Assembly: GCA_964187785.1 (NCBI GenBank)
Contig: OZ076409.1
Location: 9,116,001 to 9,180,000 of the forward strand
Reading direction: 5' to 3'
Origin: Amphiscolops sp. MND2022
Taxonomy: Eukaryota
Length of the DNA stretch: 64,000 bases
A model generated the notes under the pieces. It was not told the origin of the DNA, ran no database searches, and saw nothing but the letters and a program-made list of their open reading frames with translations. A program made the position numbers and the translations under genes. Shown one piece after another: positions 13,431 to 26,924 of this stretch (position 1 is the stretch's first letter; each line of letters begins with the position of its first letter).

Positions 13431-14899
13431 ATACCCAACTTTCGTTTCAGTTTTCGTTAAGGCTTACATCCCCGTTGCATTGACTTCTGAAACCTCTCTA
13501 TCGACAGATCACACCGAATAAAGTTTTTGGTTGAAAAGTTTGATACTTCATCAAAAAAAAGTGAACAATGATCAAAATAAAACGATGCAAGTCCTTTTAT
13601 CTTTTTCTTGCCAATGATCTGTAAAAAGACCGCGCATAATGAAACCGCAAATTTGTTTTTTTTTCATTACAAGTTGAACGTTTGATTACATTTAAACGAT
13701 ACAAGTTGAATGTTTTGACGCTCTGAGATAATGAGCTACGCTACAATCTGAATGAAGTGATTCAGAACAAATTACGCCAGTAGTGCTTTGATTGATGTTG
13801 AATATTTTTGAAACTAGCTCATCAAAAACTTACACCCAAGGGAAAATACTTTGTTAAATGTCTTGAAGTATTGACTAGAATTCGGCATATGTGAATTTTT
13901 GACCTCTTTAATTCTTTTAGAATGTCTGATGACAATTATATTAACATAACTATGTTAACAGTATTGCAATTCGGAATTATTTATGAACGTAGGTAAAGCA
14001 AAACTTATTCCTCCCTCCCCCGCACTTTTTGGCTCCGAAAAATGATATCAGAAAGCTTTTATCAATTGAAGTTATTCAGGCAACACAAAATCAGAACGCC
14101 CGTTTCAATCAAAGTTGTTCAGGCAAGTTAATGGAATTGCTTTTCTTCTTCTGATTTTGTTCAAACCACTTCCGGTTGAAAAAAAAGAATTCTGCAAAAT
14201 TTAACGTTCACGTGAATGAATAAATGAAGCAGTAAAATAATAATGATTGACAGTTATTTCTGTGAATTCATGAGGAGGCAACAGAACAAAGGAAAAGACT
14301 TATTCGAGGAAATTTTGAAAGATATTGTTAAATATAATCCCTTATGTTGATTTTTTTTGCTTTCAAAAAAGTGTCAGGGGAATGAAATAAAAGCCGGAAA
14401 AGCGTTTCTGTTGTTTCATAGGGCGGTGCCTAGAATTAGGAGGAGCTTGAATAAATATGGTTTCTTGGCTCTCCTGAAATTGCACGTAGACTCATTTTGA
14501 TATTGTTTTCCAATGCTGTAGATTATACTGCACAAACGCTCACACATCAGAGCGGGAAAAATCCTCTCAATGTCCAAACTTGAATTGCTGCAACCTTGAA
14601 AGCATTTTGTTTTGGAAAAGAGCGGAATTAATGAACGGTTAAATATGCATTTTTTCGTTTAAAATGAACTTAAAGAAGTTATGTGCAATTTCAGTAACAT
14701 ATTTCTATGGAAGCAAAAGGGGCAAAACAGCCGATTATCGAAACGGTACAAAACAGGGGCTATGAATATCAGCTAGTTTGTCCCGCTTTTGGAATTGGCT
14801 CTTAGACTCACCCAAAATCGGCTATTGTGTCCCATTTTCAAAAAACCACTATTTCGTCTCATCAAAATCGACTGTTTTGTTCCGCATCCGGCTATGGAT

Positions 14900-15246
14900 C
14901 AGGGTTTTGACATCGCTAATTTCTTCCGCTAATCGCTAAACCGCTAATTTGAAAATCGCTATTTCGCTGAAAAGCTTTTTCTGCAAACTATTAAATGTTT
15001 AGCTTCAACTGTTTCAAATTAACTTATTCGGTTTTTGGAAGAAAAAAGACTAGAATTTTTTATACTGTGCGTGTTTTACAAGGGTAAGAGTTGGAATTTT
15101 TCCGAAATTCATTTTGAAACACCGTTTATACACAGAAGAAATTTTGAATTTGGAGGGTCTGTTAGTTAGCGCTAATTTGAATCGCTGAAAAATTCCTGCG
15201 CGGCCGCTAATTCGCTAAATCGCTGATTAGCGGTGTCAAAACTCTG
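14900..15246. mobile_element. hAT-type MITE (CGCTA-rich family)
   Basis: TIR CAGGGTTTTGACATCGCTA / TAGCGGTGTCAAAACTCTG. Perfect 8-bp TSD CTATGGAT at 14892-14899 and 15247-15254. Confidence 0.9.
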
Positions 15247-16518
15247 CTATGGATGCTTTTAAATTCAGATCGACATGAGACGGACTTTAATCATAAAATT
15301 CTACAAATGAAATTTTATCTAGTTTCGATAATTCAGTAACTTATGACGTAACGCAGGTATTTCTTTCCATATGTAAACTATGCAAAGCGGATTAAGGTGA
15401 TTTTATGAAATGAAAAGCATTTCCTAAGCATCAAATTTTCGAGCCTTCAATAAATTATTATATTCATGTTCTTATTTTCACAATTTTCATGTAAGTCTCA
15501 AATTCAAAATTTCCACAGACTTGTGTCATTTCTCATGCTTCATTTTCCCTCTCACGGCATGATTCGAGAGAAAGTCGTTCACGAAATGCAAGCGCCGATA
15601 CTAGCTAGCAGCGAATAAGCTTTGTCCACGTCAGCTCAAAAGCTACTCTTTGGTAGCGCTCTACTTTCAAACATATTCATTAGTTTCAAGACAGTTTCTC
15701 GTTTTGTTATTATTAAAATTACAAATAATTATTGAAATCGATGCATACTCGTAGCGGCAGCTACTAATTGTTTACTACATTAACCAATAATCTTACTGAA
15801 TCAATTATGAAATTTGGTCTTTCGGTTTTTATCAGATTACAGTACTGGATTGTATTTTCATGTTATCCATTTCAAGTTTTTTTTTCAGTTTTTCTTCAAA
15901 GAAAGAAAATGATCTTCAAGGAAAACTAATTTTTCTTCGATTTTTCAAGACAGGTCTAAGTTCCTACTTTTCTCGTAACTTACTTTCTCAGTCAAAAAAG
16001 TTATGACAGTCGTCGGCTTTCAGTTTTTGCTTTGAAAAAAACGATTGCAGCAATAGTAATAATTGAATTGGAAATTGCGTGAGATATGCGTGCTTCGTCT
16101 GAGATAAATAGATGATTTTTACAAAAATGGTTAAATTACAAAATGGCAGGTAATGCCTGAGATATCTTAATGTTTTTAATATGCGTTGGAACAACTTCAG
16201 TGCAAAAGAATGTTTCTCACTTCAAGTTCAGTTGAAGCTTCAGAAGATTTTTTGTTTGCGAGATGGAGATACAGCCATCATCAAAACACGGAGACACGCA
16301 GACGGTGGAATTTCACAAAGGTTTTTTGAAAAACACGAAACTGGAATCAACAAACGAAAACGAAGTTTTGATCAATTCACCAATTTTCTGACAAAACTGG
16401 GTAATGTCTTTTTGCGATTAAAAACTTCCGAGAAAATAATTTTGTCAATTTGAACACAAGGGGAAACTGATTGTCAAAGATGGAATGATTGAATCGAAAA
16501 AGGGGTTTATCAAATACG

Positions 16519-16851
16519 CAGGGTTTTGACATCGCTATTTTTTCGCTAATCGCTAAACCGCTAATTTCAAATTCGCTATTTTGCTAAAAACTTTCTTCGA
16601 CTGACTTCAAGTATATTTTAAAAATAAATGATAATTTAACTCAGAAAAGACCGGAATTTTTCATACTGTAAGAGTTTTCCAAGGTAAGAGTTTGAATTTT
16701 TCGAAATTCATTTTGAAACTCCCGTGTATTTTCCGAGGAAATTTTGAATTTCAACAATCTATTAATTGGCGCTACTTTGAATCGCTTATAAAACCGCTTA
16801 TGAAATACCTGCGCGGCCGCTTAATCGCTATCTAGCGGTGCCAAAACTCTG
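16519..16851. mobile_element. hAT-type MITE, same family as 14900-15246
   Basis: Same TIRs and body; TSD degenerate. Lies about 115 bp beyond the USP stop codon. Confidence 0.85.
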
Positions 16852-16967
16852 CACAAAGGTTACGACGACTTTTGTGAATTGATGATGACGGCGTTACGTA
16901 TGTAGAAAGCAACAGAAACAGTGTAACGACATTGCTAGACACAACCCCCCCCCTTATTGCGTGCCCC

Positions 16968-17244
16968 CTAGTTAGCATCGGCAGAGGGGGGTACGATCAT
17001 GACAGCCACCCCCGAGTGATGGACCACGTAGTCGGACACGCTGCCGAGGAAGGTGCGTCTCAGAGTGCCGAGACCTCTGTTGCCCATGACGACCATGTTA
17101 GCCTTCTTGTTCTGCACGATGTCGCAGATCTGCTGACCCACAGGCATGTCTCGGGGGTCCTCGGCTAGGAATCCCCCCTTGAGTTTGTGTTGCGACAACT
17201 TGTACTCATACGTGTTGCGCAATTCCTCCACCTTCTTCCGACGG
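16968..17244 (-). CDS. Universal stress protein (UspA family), exon 3 of 3
   Basis: Encodes GQQICDIV..KANMVVMGNRGLGTLRRTFLGSVSDYVVHHSGVAVMIVP, the USP G-x2-G-x9-G-S motif. Acceptor TTTTCAG at 17245; phase matches exon 2. Confidence 0.92.
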
Positions 17245-17670
17245 CTGAAAAATACGGTTTCTTCATGGTACGTGAAAATAGGGTTGCAAAAACATGATTT
17301 GTTCGAATAAACACGGTTAAAACAATGCCCTATCGGTTGTTTCTCAGATCGCTTTGGATATAACCCATTATGGCGAACTGAAATTTCTCGTAAAGATTCA
17401 ATTGAAATCGTAAAGATTTCTTCGAAAGCGCCGATTAAAAACTATGGTAAAGAATTTTTAAAAGTTCAATTTTTTTCTCGTTTCACCCCCGCAAATTATA
17501 GAGAGGTTTTCGAGACAATCATAAACATTGAATCAGTTCAAAATGTCCATGATGTTCGATGTTCTATTTGTCGGTAGTTTTTTTTGTTTCCTTGAATGCC
17601 TAACGCAGGGCTAGTTGAATTTGGCAATGTACTGAAATTAACTATTAGAGTGAATGAGTTACATTATGTA

Positions 17671-18517
17671 CAGTGATGACCAATATAACGGATCCAGTTA
17701 ATATCCGTTAAACGGATCATTTAAAAATTCCATTAATTCAATATTCAAAAACCATTAATGATATCCTTTTTATTTCACGTTAATTCCAACGTATGCATTA
17801 CGCCGTTGAATTGGCTAGTTTATATACAGAGAGGGTTGCTAGATCAGTCCTCGGCATCTTGCCTTCGCCTGCCATCGCAGAGCGCATCTTTTCGCGTGCA
17901 ATGTTTCTGACTGAGAAACGAAGAAACAGGCTCTCAATGCAAAATTGACGTTTGCGATTGATTTGTCTTGATTCTAAAAAAGGAATAAATTCATTTTTCC
18001 AATCCATTTTCAAGGAAAATCCATTCAATGGATCCCTTTAGAGGTGTACCGGACAACATGTCCGGTCCGGTATCCGGCCGGATTTCAGGAAAATTTCCTG
18101 TCCGGTATCCGGCCAGACTTTTTACAACGTCTGGCCGGATATTATCTTATAATAATAATCTTAACTAATCGGAATATCTAACTTAGAGAAAGTGTATGTG
18201 CATCGAAGCATTGAATTTAAGACTGTGAATCAAAGTTCACTAAATTATGGCGGAGCGAAAATAGTTTTTCACTGCTTTGTGGTAAAAGCCTGCTTCGTTT
18301 TTTTGTAATCTTCATTGCCCAATTTTGAAAACAGCCCTTCATCCCTTACAATTGAGGATAATGTCCGGTCCGGCCGGTATCCGGCTTCAAACAGTCCTGT
18401 CCGGTTGTCCGGCCGGACGGAAATTTTCCTGTCCGGTGCACCTCTAGATTCCTTAAATTCAATGTCTACCCGTTAAATGTTAAATTTTCCTTTTAAAAAT
18501 TTAATTGGTCATCACTG
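17671..18517. mobile_element. TA-flanked MITE containing a nested hAT MITE at 18039-18446
   Basis: Outer element TA|CAGTGATGACCAA...TTGGTCATCACTG|TA. Inner TIR TAGAGGTGTACCGGACA / TGTCCGGTGCACCTCTA with 8-bp TSD GATCCCTT/GATTCCTT and CCGG-rich subterminal repeats. Confidence 0.8.
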
Positions 18518-18580
18518 TACAGTGCACGCAACTCAACAACTCACTTGTTCATCTTCTGGACATCGCAATTCGAAATTCCG

Positions 18581-19360
18581 CGGGGGGTTTTGACATCGCT
18601 AATTTTATTCGCTAATCGCTAAATTGCTAATTTCGAATTCGCCATTTCGCTTAAAAAGTTTTTCTCCAAACTATTGAACGTTTGACATGACTGAACACAA
18701 TTAAAATATAACTTAATTCAGTTTTTTGAGAGAGAATCCAGGTCTTACAATTGTAGAACCCATACAGTATATAAGACCTGGATTTTTTAGTCGGCGCTTC
18801 ATGAAGTGAAACGCGACTATTATAGTGACTTTTTTTTCTATCCACACGAACTGACCAAAATAGTTCTACAAAATATTATTGCACCAAATTGCACTATTTG
18901 GTCTAGCGAACTGAACCAAAAAGGTTTTTCCTGTTTTTCCGCGTAACATACCATACCGGGCGAGACCAAAGGCTCCCCCTGTCATTTTTTTTGGCACTGC
19001 GAGACTTTTTTTCGAAAAAAAATTTTTCCCCAAAGGGTCCCCATGCATTTTTTTCATGTTTTGCGACAGAATGGATGTTGAAAAACCTCAAAGGGTCCCC
19101 CCTTTCAGTTTTTCGGCATTGTGAGACTTTAGCGCGCCACTCGGTCCATTTTTTTGAGTATGTAATTTTTTCTAAAAATTTTTTTTCAAAAAAGTTTCGA
19201 TTTTCGAGTACTGTAAAAGGATACTTGACACTTGGAAGTCTTTTTGCTATTTTTGAGCCTTGGATATGGCGCCGACTTGGGCCGGTCCCGGCTTGTTTCA
19301 ATTAAATTTTGAAACTCCGCTAATTTGAACCGCTAATGAAATGGCGATGTGAAAACTCTG
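18581..19360. mobile_element. CGCTA-family hAT MITE interrupted by a family A element
   Basis: Left end GGGTTTTGACATCGCTA and right end GGCGATGTGAAAACTCTG flank the 18783-19298 insertion. Confidence 0.75.
18783..19298 (+). mobile_element. Non-autonomous Helentron-like (HINE/DINE-1-like) family A, reference copy
   Basis: 5' T-run, AGTCGGCGC and partial inverted repeat CGCGACT. 3' GCGCCGACT, stem-loop GCCG-GTCC-CGGC, then TTGTTT. No TSD. Other copies or fragments near 5714, 9650-10055, 23390-23688, 33737-34344, 36375-36725, 45650-46030, 51040-51503, 52868-53310, 54350-54965 and 55820-56795. Confidence 0.7.
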
Positions 19361-19381
19361 CTGCTTTCTACTACTACTCAC

Positions 19382-19519
19382 TTGTTGATCTTCTGGACCC
19401 AGTCGTCGGCGGGGATGGAGAGGGGCTCGCTGACAGTCATGATGGGCAAGGACACGGTCTCGGCCACGTGCACACAGAACACGGTGTCAGTCGCCGCCCT
19501 CATCAGATTCTTCACGTAC
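19382..19519 (-). CDS. Universal stress protein, exon 2 of 3
   Basis: CAG|G TAC GTG AAG..., reading (W)YVKNLMRAATDTVFCVHVAETVSLPIMTVSEPLSIPADDWVQKIN, ending |GTGAGT. Phase 2 at both ends, matching exons 1 and 3; GC-rich relative to the introns. Confidence 0.9.
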
Positions 19520-19561
19520 CTGCCAACAGCACAAAGCCGCATGAATGGAAACACTTTTTAA

Positions 19562-19970
19562 AATAGGCCCCTGCGGGACAGTATTATTTCTGCTTTAGGC
19601 TTTCATGTTTGGTAATAGATGCATATCTGGAATAACTAAACACTCCTGTTTAATTATTATATCGTGCACAATTAACCAATGTACCGGTTTACACCGCCTT
19701 TATTCTTCTCGGACTAAAGCAAATATAACTACTAAGCATAACGCATTTGAATGCAGGCGAATATCTCGGCGATTGAAAAATTAACACTCGTTCGCTTCGA
19801 ATGTATAATTAACACTCGATCGTTTCATCGCACGAGAATTGAATGAATTAAAACTGTCGGCGGCAGCTTGAGAAATTTTAATCTGACGCTTATACTCACT
19901 GCCGAACAAAATATCAATCCTTTTCAGTAAGTACTCGCTTAACGAACAAACTTGGCTGAAAAAATTTCTT
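19562..19970 (-). mobile_element. Helentron-like family B copy, 5'-truncated
   Basis: Aligns with the 28338, 40099 and 47671 copies. The hairpin and TATTATTTCTGC end are present; the other subTIR is missing. Confidence 0.65.
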
Positions 19971-20037
19971 CCAGTTTGATAGACGAGAATGATCTTTACT
20001 GAGAAGATCAGTTTGATACAGAAGCTTTACAACAGTA

Positions 20038-20537
20038 CAGTAGCGTTCTAAAATATCGCAACTCCAATGCTTAAAATTGCAAATTTCAAATCCAAACTTC
20101 TTGAAAACTGTCACAAATACGAAAAAGTGTCAGCTAGGAAAGTTTCTTAGAATTTTATCTAGTTTACAAAAATGTTTGTTTGTTTGAAATTTCTGCGACA
20201 AAAATTACAAAAGTTAGAAATTGGAAATTTTGACAAAATTTAATCAAATTTGTACTTTTTCTGGATTTTCACAAAGTTGAAAAAATCAAAAAAAATTATT
20301 CTAAGCTACTCAATTTTCGAAAAAACTCAAATTTCAATTAAAATTTACTGAAATTTCCAATTTCTAACTTTTGTAATTTTTGTCGTAGAAATTTCAAACA
20401 AACATTTTTGTAAACTAGATGAAATTCTAAGAAACTTTCCTAGCTGGCAAAATTTTGTATTCGTGACAGTTTGAGATATTTGGTTTTGAATTTTGCCATT
20501 TTATGCTTTGAGGTTGCGATATTTCAGAACGCTACTG
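20038..20537. mobile_element. Long-TIR (foldback) MITE with TA TSD
   Basis: TA|CAGTAGCGTTCT...AGAACGCTACTG|TA, with inverted arms of about 190 bp. Confidence 0.85.
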
Positions 20538-23500
20538 TACACATTGCAAGCCTATGATCCAGATAGAGAAAAGTTGATACAAAAAAAAGATCCTTTGCAC
20601 AAAACAAAGGCAATATTACACAGCATGTAAACTGAAATGCTGCATATACAGCGAAATTTTTGGTCTTCAGAAAACCAGCAATCATTCAAAAATCCATTCT
20701 AATTAATTGAACCAGACAATAATGACAGGATTTTCATCAAATTTGCTTGAGTGGGTACAAAAGAGCTTCATTCACAAAACTTTCCACATTATCAGTGAAC
20801 TGGAATTCCGTTACGGTTTCAAACTGATCGTAGATAGATTTTAATCGACGTGACGGGCAGACCTAATTGGGAAATACAATCATGCCTGATTCTGTAAAAA
20901 CATTTCAAGTCATATTCATATACAGTCACAACAAAATCAACTGCAGGTAGCTTTGTCAACTGGCGGCGATAACAAATTCGAAAGTGATTGAATTTGAAAT
21001 AATAAATTTGTCAGAGGAAGCCAAGTCCATACAAACACTCTCCGAAAATTTGCGCAAACCAATAATGCTATGGATTCGTTCAAAGATTCAGAGCTCAAAC
21101 TCGGCCTAATTTTTAGGAAAGTTTTCTGAAGATTTTGCAAAAAAGTTAATCGAGTTTTCGATTTTAAAAAAATGTTTGTCTTCAGTTGTGTCAATAGAAT
21201 TCAAAAAAATATATATTTCCGATCTATCGCTCAATAGTCGTATAGTTTGGGAAAAAACTTCAGTTGAAATTGCGCTTTTTAATCTGGCTTTTGGTATAAA
21301 AAATACTTTCTTTACGACAAACGTAGACGGATCAGAAGAAATTTAATTCTTGGAATCAAATCAACAAAAAAGATTCAACTGTGACGAGTAAAATCTGTTT
21401 TGAAATCCTCAAGGAAGCAAATAACTCAATCGGCATTGCTCAAGGCTCAAAAAACTGATGGTTTGAATATGCTCAGTTACAACGATCAAGAAAACTACCG
21501 GCAAGTTCATTGGAAAACAGCCTGAAGAACACGCGACAGAAGTTGTGAAATAACACTGTACCAAATTGGATGTCGACAAGACTAAGAAAAATTGATAAAG
21601 AACTAGTAATTAAGAACTTAGAAGGACCTTTGGTACAAAAAGTGCTTTGTCTCAATCGCCAGAAAGACATTTTCAATCCAAAAAAGGAGCAAACGAAACT
21701 TTTTGTTCTCAGATTTCCACAGGCAGATTCCTTCATTTGAGGTCCCATTATTGCGACTATTTTCCGACATTATAAACTTTGAAGCCTCCGTTCTGGTAAC
21801 CTAACAAGTTTGCTGCTCTATTTAAACTTCAAACAAGCTGGCAATGGCCCAAATCGGCGCTCCGCTCAGGGCTCGAATAGCGGAAAGTTCAAACTTCTTT
21901 TTGAAAAATTTCAAAACAGTCCAATAGTGCCGAAGAATTTAAATGGGGACCTCTCCTTGCTTTCACGTGGTTTCAAAAATATGACGTTTTCAAAGCTGGG
22001 AGCCTTCTGGAAAAAAATCACAATGCCCAGAAATTCTAAAGCGTCGACCCTTCAATCTCTTCTGGCTGTGTAAAATACTCCAGTAACCAAAAGTAACCTT
22101 TTAAACCTATTTGGGATTTCCTACTTGACGATACGTGACGTACTGAAAAGCGTAACGTGAACAAAAACGTACATATTTCGATGTAAGGCTGAAGGAAAAA
22201 ACGATTCATTGTAATAGCCTGTTTTGCTCCCAAAAATGCTGACTGAAAATTGGCCCAGTATTTTTTGGCCCAAAAAGTTCCAAATAAGCTTCCAGAGGTC
22301 ACCTCTTGAAAGAAAGCAGATTTCACCAATGCAAATCTTAAATTTGGAATTTTGCAAGTCTCATTAGAAGCATAGAAGCATCCAAATCCTGAACTCTTAG
22401 CTTTATTACTTGAATGAAGGCTTATGAATTTTTAAACCTGAATACAGGAAAAGAGTAATAGGTGATAATGACCTTTTGGCTTGAACTTTTCAAAGGTAGC
22501 TAGAAAGCTCTAAGCTTTTCATTAACTTTTTAATACTGGTTTTCTGTTTCTGTCGTTTTCCATCTCAGTAGCTGCTTTGATTACTAGTTATGTAAAGAAG
22601 ACTAAAAATCGTTCGGCGACAGTAGGACTGGAAAAACTTTACCAGTCTCCGCAATATTCCAGCTTACGCTGAATTATCCAAAGATAACTTACTAATCAAA
22701 GATAACATTCAAACCTTAAAACAACGTAATGCTGCTTTTGGGATGATAGTCGCTAATAATTTCAAAAAGATTCCAACCTTTTCACAGCTAATCTATTGTC
22801 ATCGAAGTATGTACGTTCAGCGAGCGACCACTTTTAGAGCGAAATTTCTCATTATTTCGCAAAAATTTGTATATGGGAAATACACAAAAAATTAATACAT
22901 GAAGATACCTGGCCTTCAATTTACAATATTTCATTATGAGAGATAAAAATAAAAGGACTGCACTGTATATTATTTAAACCGGAAGCTCATGTCGTGTAAG
23001 TAGGGGTGTAAAATATTGCATTTAAATTATTATAAAAAATAACTATATTTGTTGCTGGTCAACAATAAAAATAATAAATATATTGTCCAAAAATGTGAGG
23101 AAACTTTTTTCTTCGAGCAAAGCTTTCGTTTGTACACTTCTACGACTGTATTTATATCCATCAATAATTTTAGCAAACTTTCTGGATCGATTTTTCTACA
23201 CGACTAGTAACTTATTTCGAATTCTTGATAACAGTTGGCCAAGAAACTTAATTGAGTTTCGCGTATACGATCACAATAATACATTTGTGGTAAGTAATAC
23301 TTGCCAACATTGAAATGAATGTCAATTTATTTGACCCAAAACACAAACATTGAAACAAAAAATTTAAAATATTCCTTGGTACAAAACTAACAAGACAAGA
23401 ACGTCTAAAGTCATTTGGGGACATTAAAAAATTTTCGAAAAAAAAGTCGCACAGTGCCGAAAAAAGTCGAAACCCTTTAGTCTCGTCCGGTTTTCTAAGT

Positions 23501-25022
23501 TACCTTAAAAAAGTAGAAAATGAAAGGGGGACCCTTTGCACTAAGTTTGTCTTGGCCGGACTTGGCCTTATGTGGTTTCAGGAATGTTTCTAATAAGTGG
23601 ACCAATCAGTGTGAGGTATTTGCTCTGAAAAAAGGTAACTGCTATAGTCGGGCATTTTTCCTTAAAAGGAAAACGCGCCGACTAGAAATAAACATTTCAT
23701 TTATTTATTGTCAATATATATAAATACTGTATTTTTTCTACATCTCTGGGTGTGAAGGTACAGAAAAGAAGTCTAATTCAATACGGTACATGTATTAACT
23801 GACTTCAAAACATTGGGGATTGGATTGACTGAAAAGACTACATGTAGTTTAGTTGAGGCAAATCAAACACTACTGTAACCAGGGGCAACAAAAGTAATTA
23901 CTTCAAATTTCAAAAAAATACTGCAATTGATTTGTAAAATTTTTTCCAACAGAGTCGCAATTGCAATTATTCGCTCGTCCATTAAAACTCCATGAATTCA
24001 GGGATACCAATAAAATTATTCAAATCAAAACTTTTGCCGAATTTATGTCAACTTGATTGAGCTCGGAACAGATGTTTGACTGCCAAATTGTTACTTACAG
24101 AATTAAGGGTTGTAAAACAATATATTTAAATATACTTCGGAAGAAAGATATTTTTATGAATATGACTCCCTTAAAAATAGATATTTTCATCAGAAAAAAA
24201 TATATTTATCCAACTTTAGCAACAACGTTATCAACATTTTTAATGTTCCATAAACGTTTCTTAGTAAATAGGAAGACTTGTTAATCGAAATGCATTGGCA
24301 ACACTCGTTTTCTTTGATCGTCAAGTGTCAGCTTTGAACGACTGAAGAGACGCTCTACAATATTAGAAGTGCCAGGAATTAATTGCAAATTTAAAGGATG
24401 ATTCAACGTTAAAAATATTGTATTTTATTTATTTGAGTCGAAAAATAAATATATTCATATAAAAATATATATCTAAATATAATTCCAAAAATATACCTTC
24501 AAGCTATTACATTTCATTTTCGGGAAATGTGAAAATCGGAAATTTCATTGGAAAAAATGGACAAAACTTTCGGAAAATTTTCATGAATCTACCTTGTCTA
24601 TAGACTTAAACTCTTCTACCTCAGAAACTTACCATACAAATCAGTAAAAAAGCGGAAACTAGTGGCAGAACCGAGGATGGAAAAGCATGTCAAAGTTGAA
24701 CAACTCGCCGAAAGATTTGCTTTCATGTTCTGACCAATTGACCTAATTTAATTGGGCCGAAGAAATTTTTTCAAGTGCCCGAAAGGTGAAATCAACCAAT
24801 TATAATTCAAAAGAAAGCTAACACTGCGAAGTCTGTGAATCACCAAAAATTCCATAAAACTGTTTAAACGCGGTGAAATTTCACGCAAACCCGCGAAAAA
24901 GCGCCGAAACAGGCAGTAAAATTAATTTCACACATCCACAAAAAATCACTGTTACTTTGTCTGTATTTCCTTTCTGTTTTTTTTTCTGCGAACAGGTGCG
25001 AATAAACAGGTTAACAACTCAC

Positions 25023-25096
25023 CAATCGAAGGCTCTGATTGAGTGCTCGGAAGAATCGACGGTGATCACAATAATTCTCGCATCGGCGGCAGTCAT
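25023..25096 (-). CDS. Universal stress protein, exon 1 of 3. Join 25096-25023, 19519-19382, 17244-16968 gives 162 aa
   Basis: Reads MTAADARIIVITVDSSEHSIRAFD(W), the typical USP N-terminal strand (xIxVxVDxSxxSxxA). Donor TG|GTGAGT. Not in the supplied ORF track. Confidence 0.9.
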
Positions 25097-25708
25097 ATTG
25101 CTTGTAGCTCTTCGATCGTCGTTTCTCTAACAAGATTTCAATCAACTTCAGTGTTCACAACAGCGACGCGGGAAGCAGTTTCCTGGGACAATGCTTGTTT
25201 TATAATGAAAACGGAGATTTGCGCAAATTCGGCAGAAAGGCGACGGGAGCAAAGCCTGAAATAAATTGGACGTTATTCACCTATAGAGTAGCAAGCAGCT
25301 AGCTACCCCTAGTCAGCTAGTAGCATTCTTCCTTCTTCCTCCGTCTTATAATACCATGTCGGTTACCACATCCACCACCAATGAACGGCCTACGCTCTCC
25401 ACAGAATAATAATGGGCAGCGCCGCACATTTGCAATTTTGCGCCGCCACGGAATCACACTTAAAATTTACATCCTAGAAAAAATCGACGTTAGTTCAACA
25501 AATGACGCAACATCGGCCAATGCAATGAATGTCTGCCTGTCTCTTCTAAGTGTGTAAAGTAGTTCAGAAAAACGTAAATCCAAAAATTTTGTAATGCAAG
25601 TTCTTTTTTCAACATTGATGTCTGTTTTTTCTAAGCCAATATTCGGCTGAAAAATAGGGTAAATAGATAGTACTTCGACCGAAAACCTACAGTATACCTT
25701 ACTATAAT

Positions 25709-26130
25709 CAGGGGGTTCTGACATCGCTAATTATAACTGCAAATTTCGCAATCGCTGAATCGCTTATCAGGTAGAACATTTTTTGCTGGTTTACAAAACT
25801 ACAGAATATAAACACGTTTTTCGAAATGCAGGGACGAGACTGACCGCCAAAAAGCGTGCGGTTGTTTATGGATAGAACCAAAGACTTCGTCTACCATTTT
25901 TTCCGGATTCAGAGAAATCGCGCCAAAATCAAACGGTTTCTATAGATTTACGCAATCTTTGTTTATGCCACAGTTGTCTCGAAACAATGGTTTTGTTTTT
26001 TGGTTCTATCCATAATCGCACGCTTTTGGTGGTCAGTCTCTTTTGTAAACCAGCAAAAAATGTTCTACCACCTGAATAGCGATTGCGAAATTTGCGATTA
26101 GCTGTTAAAAATAGCGATGTTACAGCCCTG
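25709..26130. mobile_element. hAT-type foldback MITE related to the CGCTA family
   Basis: CAGGGGGTTCTGACATCGCTA / TAGCGATGTTACAGCCCTG with long internal inverted arms. TSD ACTATAAT/ACTACAAA (6/8). Confidence 0.75.
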
Positions 26131-26679
26131 ACTACAAAGTACGACGTCATTAGTCTTCGCAGTTGATTTTCGGCAACAAATAGTTGGACTTACTTCTAAG
26201 CTGACAAACTCTGTGGACCCACAAGTGATGATGATTTCAATCGTACAAAACTGCTACACGCATACAAAACTGAAAATGAAAGGACTTCATTGACAAAACA
26301 ACCAACAGAGTAAGAAGTCATTCTTGGCTTTGTCAACTATTGACAGCAGGGATCCCAAAAACTAAACCTGGAGCAAAAAAAATAAAAAAAAATCGAACAG
26401 GAAATCCATTTATTAGACGTGAAAAATTTCAGCAATCTATGAAGGAAATCAATTGCCACATATTTTGGTGCAGGGTAGGTAGTTAGGCCAGTGATGACAT
26501 TTTCGCTTCAGAATTTTATGTTGAAATTCAAAAAAAAACTTGAAAAACAAATTTACAAGTTGGCTGGAGACGCTGTCAATTAGTGATGTGTAATATTGCA
26601 CTGAAATTGAATTCTACAGTGAAAACTACAGTAGCGGTCTGAAATAATCTCAACTCCATTGCTTAAAATAGCAAAATTC

Positions 26680-26919
26680 AAATAGTTAAGAAAACTGTCT
26701 CAAATACGAAATTGTAAAGTTGGAATTTATTAAATTATTCTTTACCAAAAAATTCTAAACTGAGACAACTAAGTAGGTTCAAGAGATTATAAGGAGTTCG
26801 AACTCCTTATAATCTCTTGAACCTACTTAGTTGTCTCAGTTTAGAATTTTTTGGTGAAGAATAATTTAATAAATTCCAACTTGACAATTTTGTATTTGAG
26901 ACAGTTTTCTTAACTATTT
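26680..26919. repeat. 240-bp near-perfect palindrome with no spacer
   Basis: 120-bp arms centred on GGAGTTC|GAACTCC (26799/26800), with only a few mismatches. Confidence 0.95.
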
Positions 26920-26924
26920 TAATA

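Noticed and set aside
16932..17168. Antisense ORFs over real exons (also 46346-46699, 50416-50715, 54123-54596, 56893-57237)
   Set aside because: Shadow ORFs from the codon bias of the minus-strand genes.
16968..17244. Bacterial contamination or recent horizontal transfer of the USP
   Set aside because: The gene has two phase-consistent spliceosomal introns filled with the host's own repeats.
18866..19305. K/F-rich ORFs on both strands here and at 28996-30147, 32415-33156, 54428-54976 and 62791-63451
   Set aside because: They lie within family A/E repeats, reflect A/T homopolymer runs, and their frames are not preserved between copies.
20600..21800. Coding-like texture suggesting a decayed gene or transposase (similarly 30400-31300 and 34750-35600)
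   Set aside because: No sustained frame or motif that I can identify.
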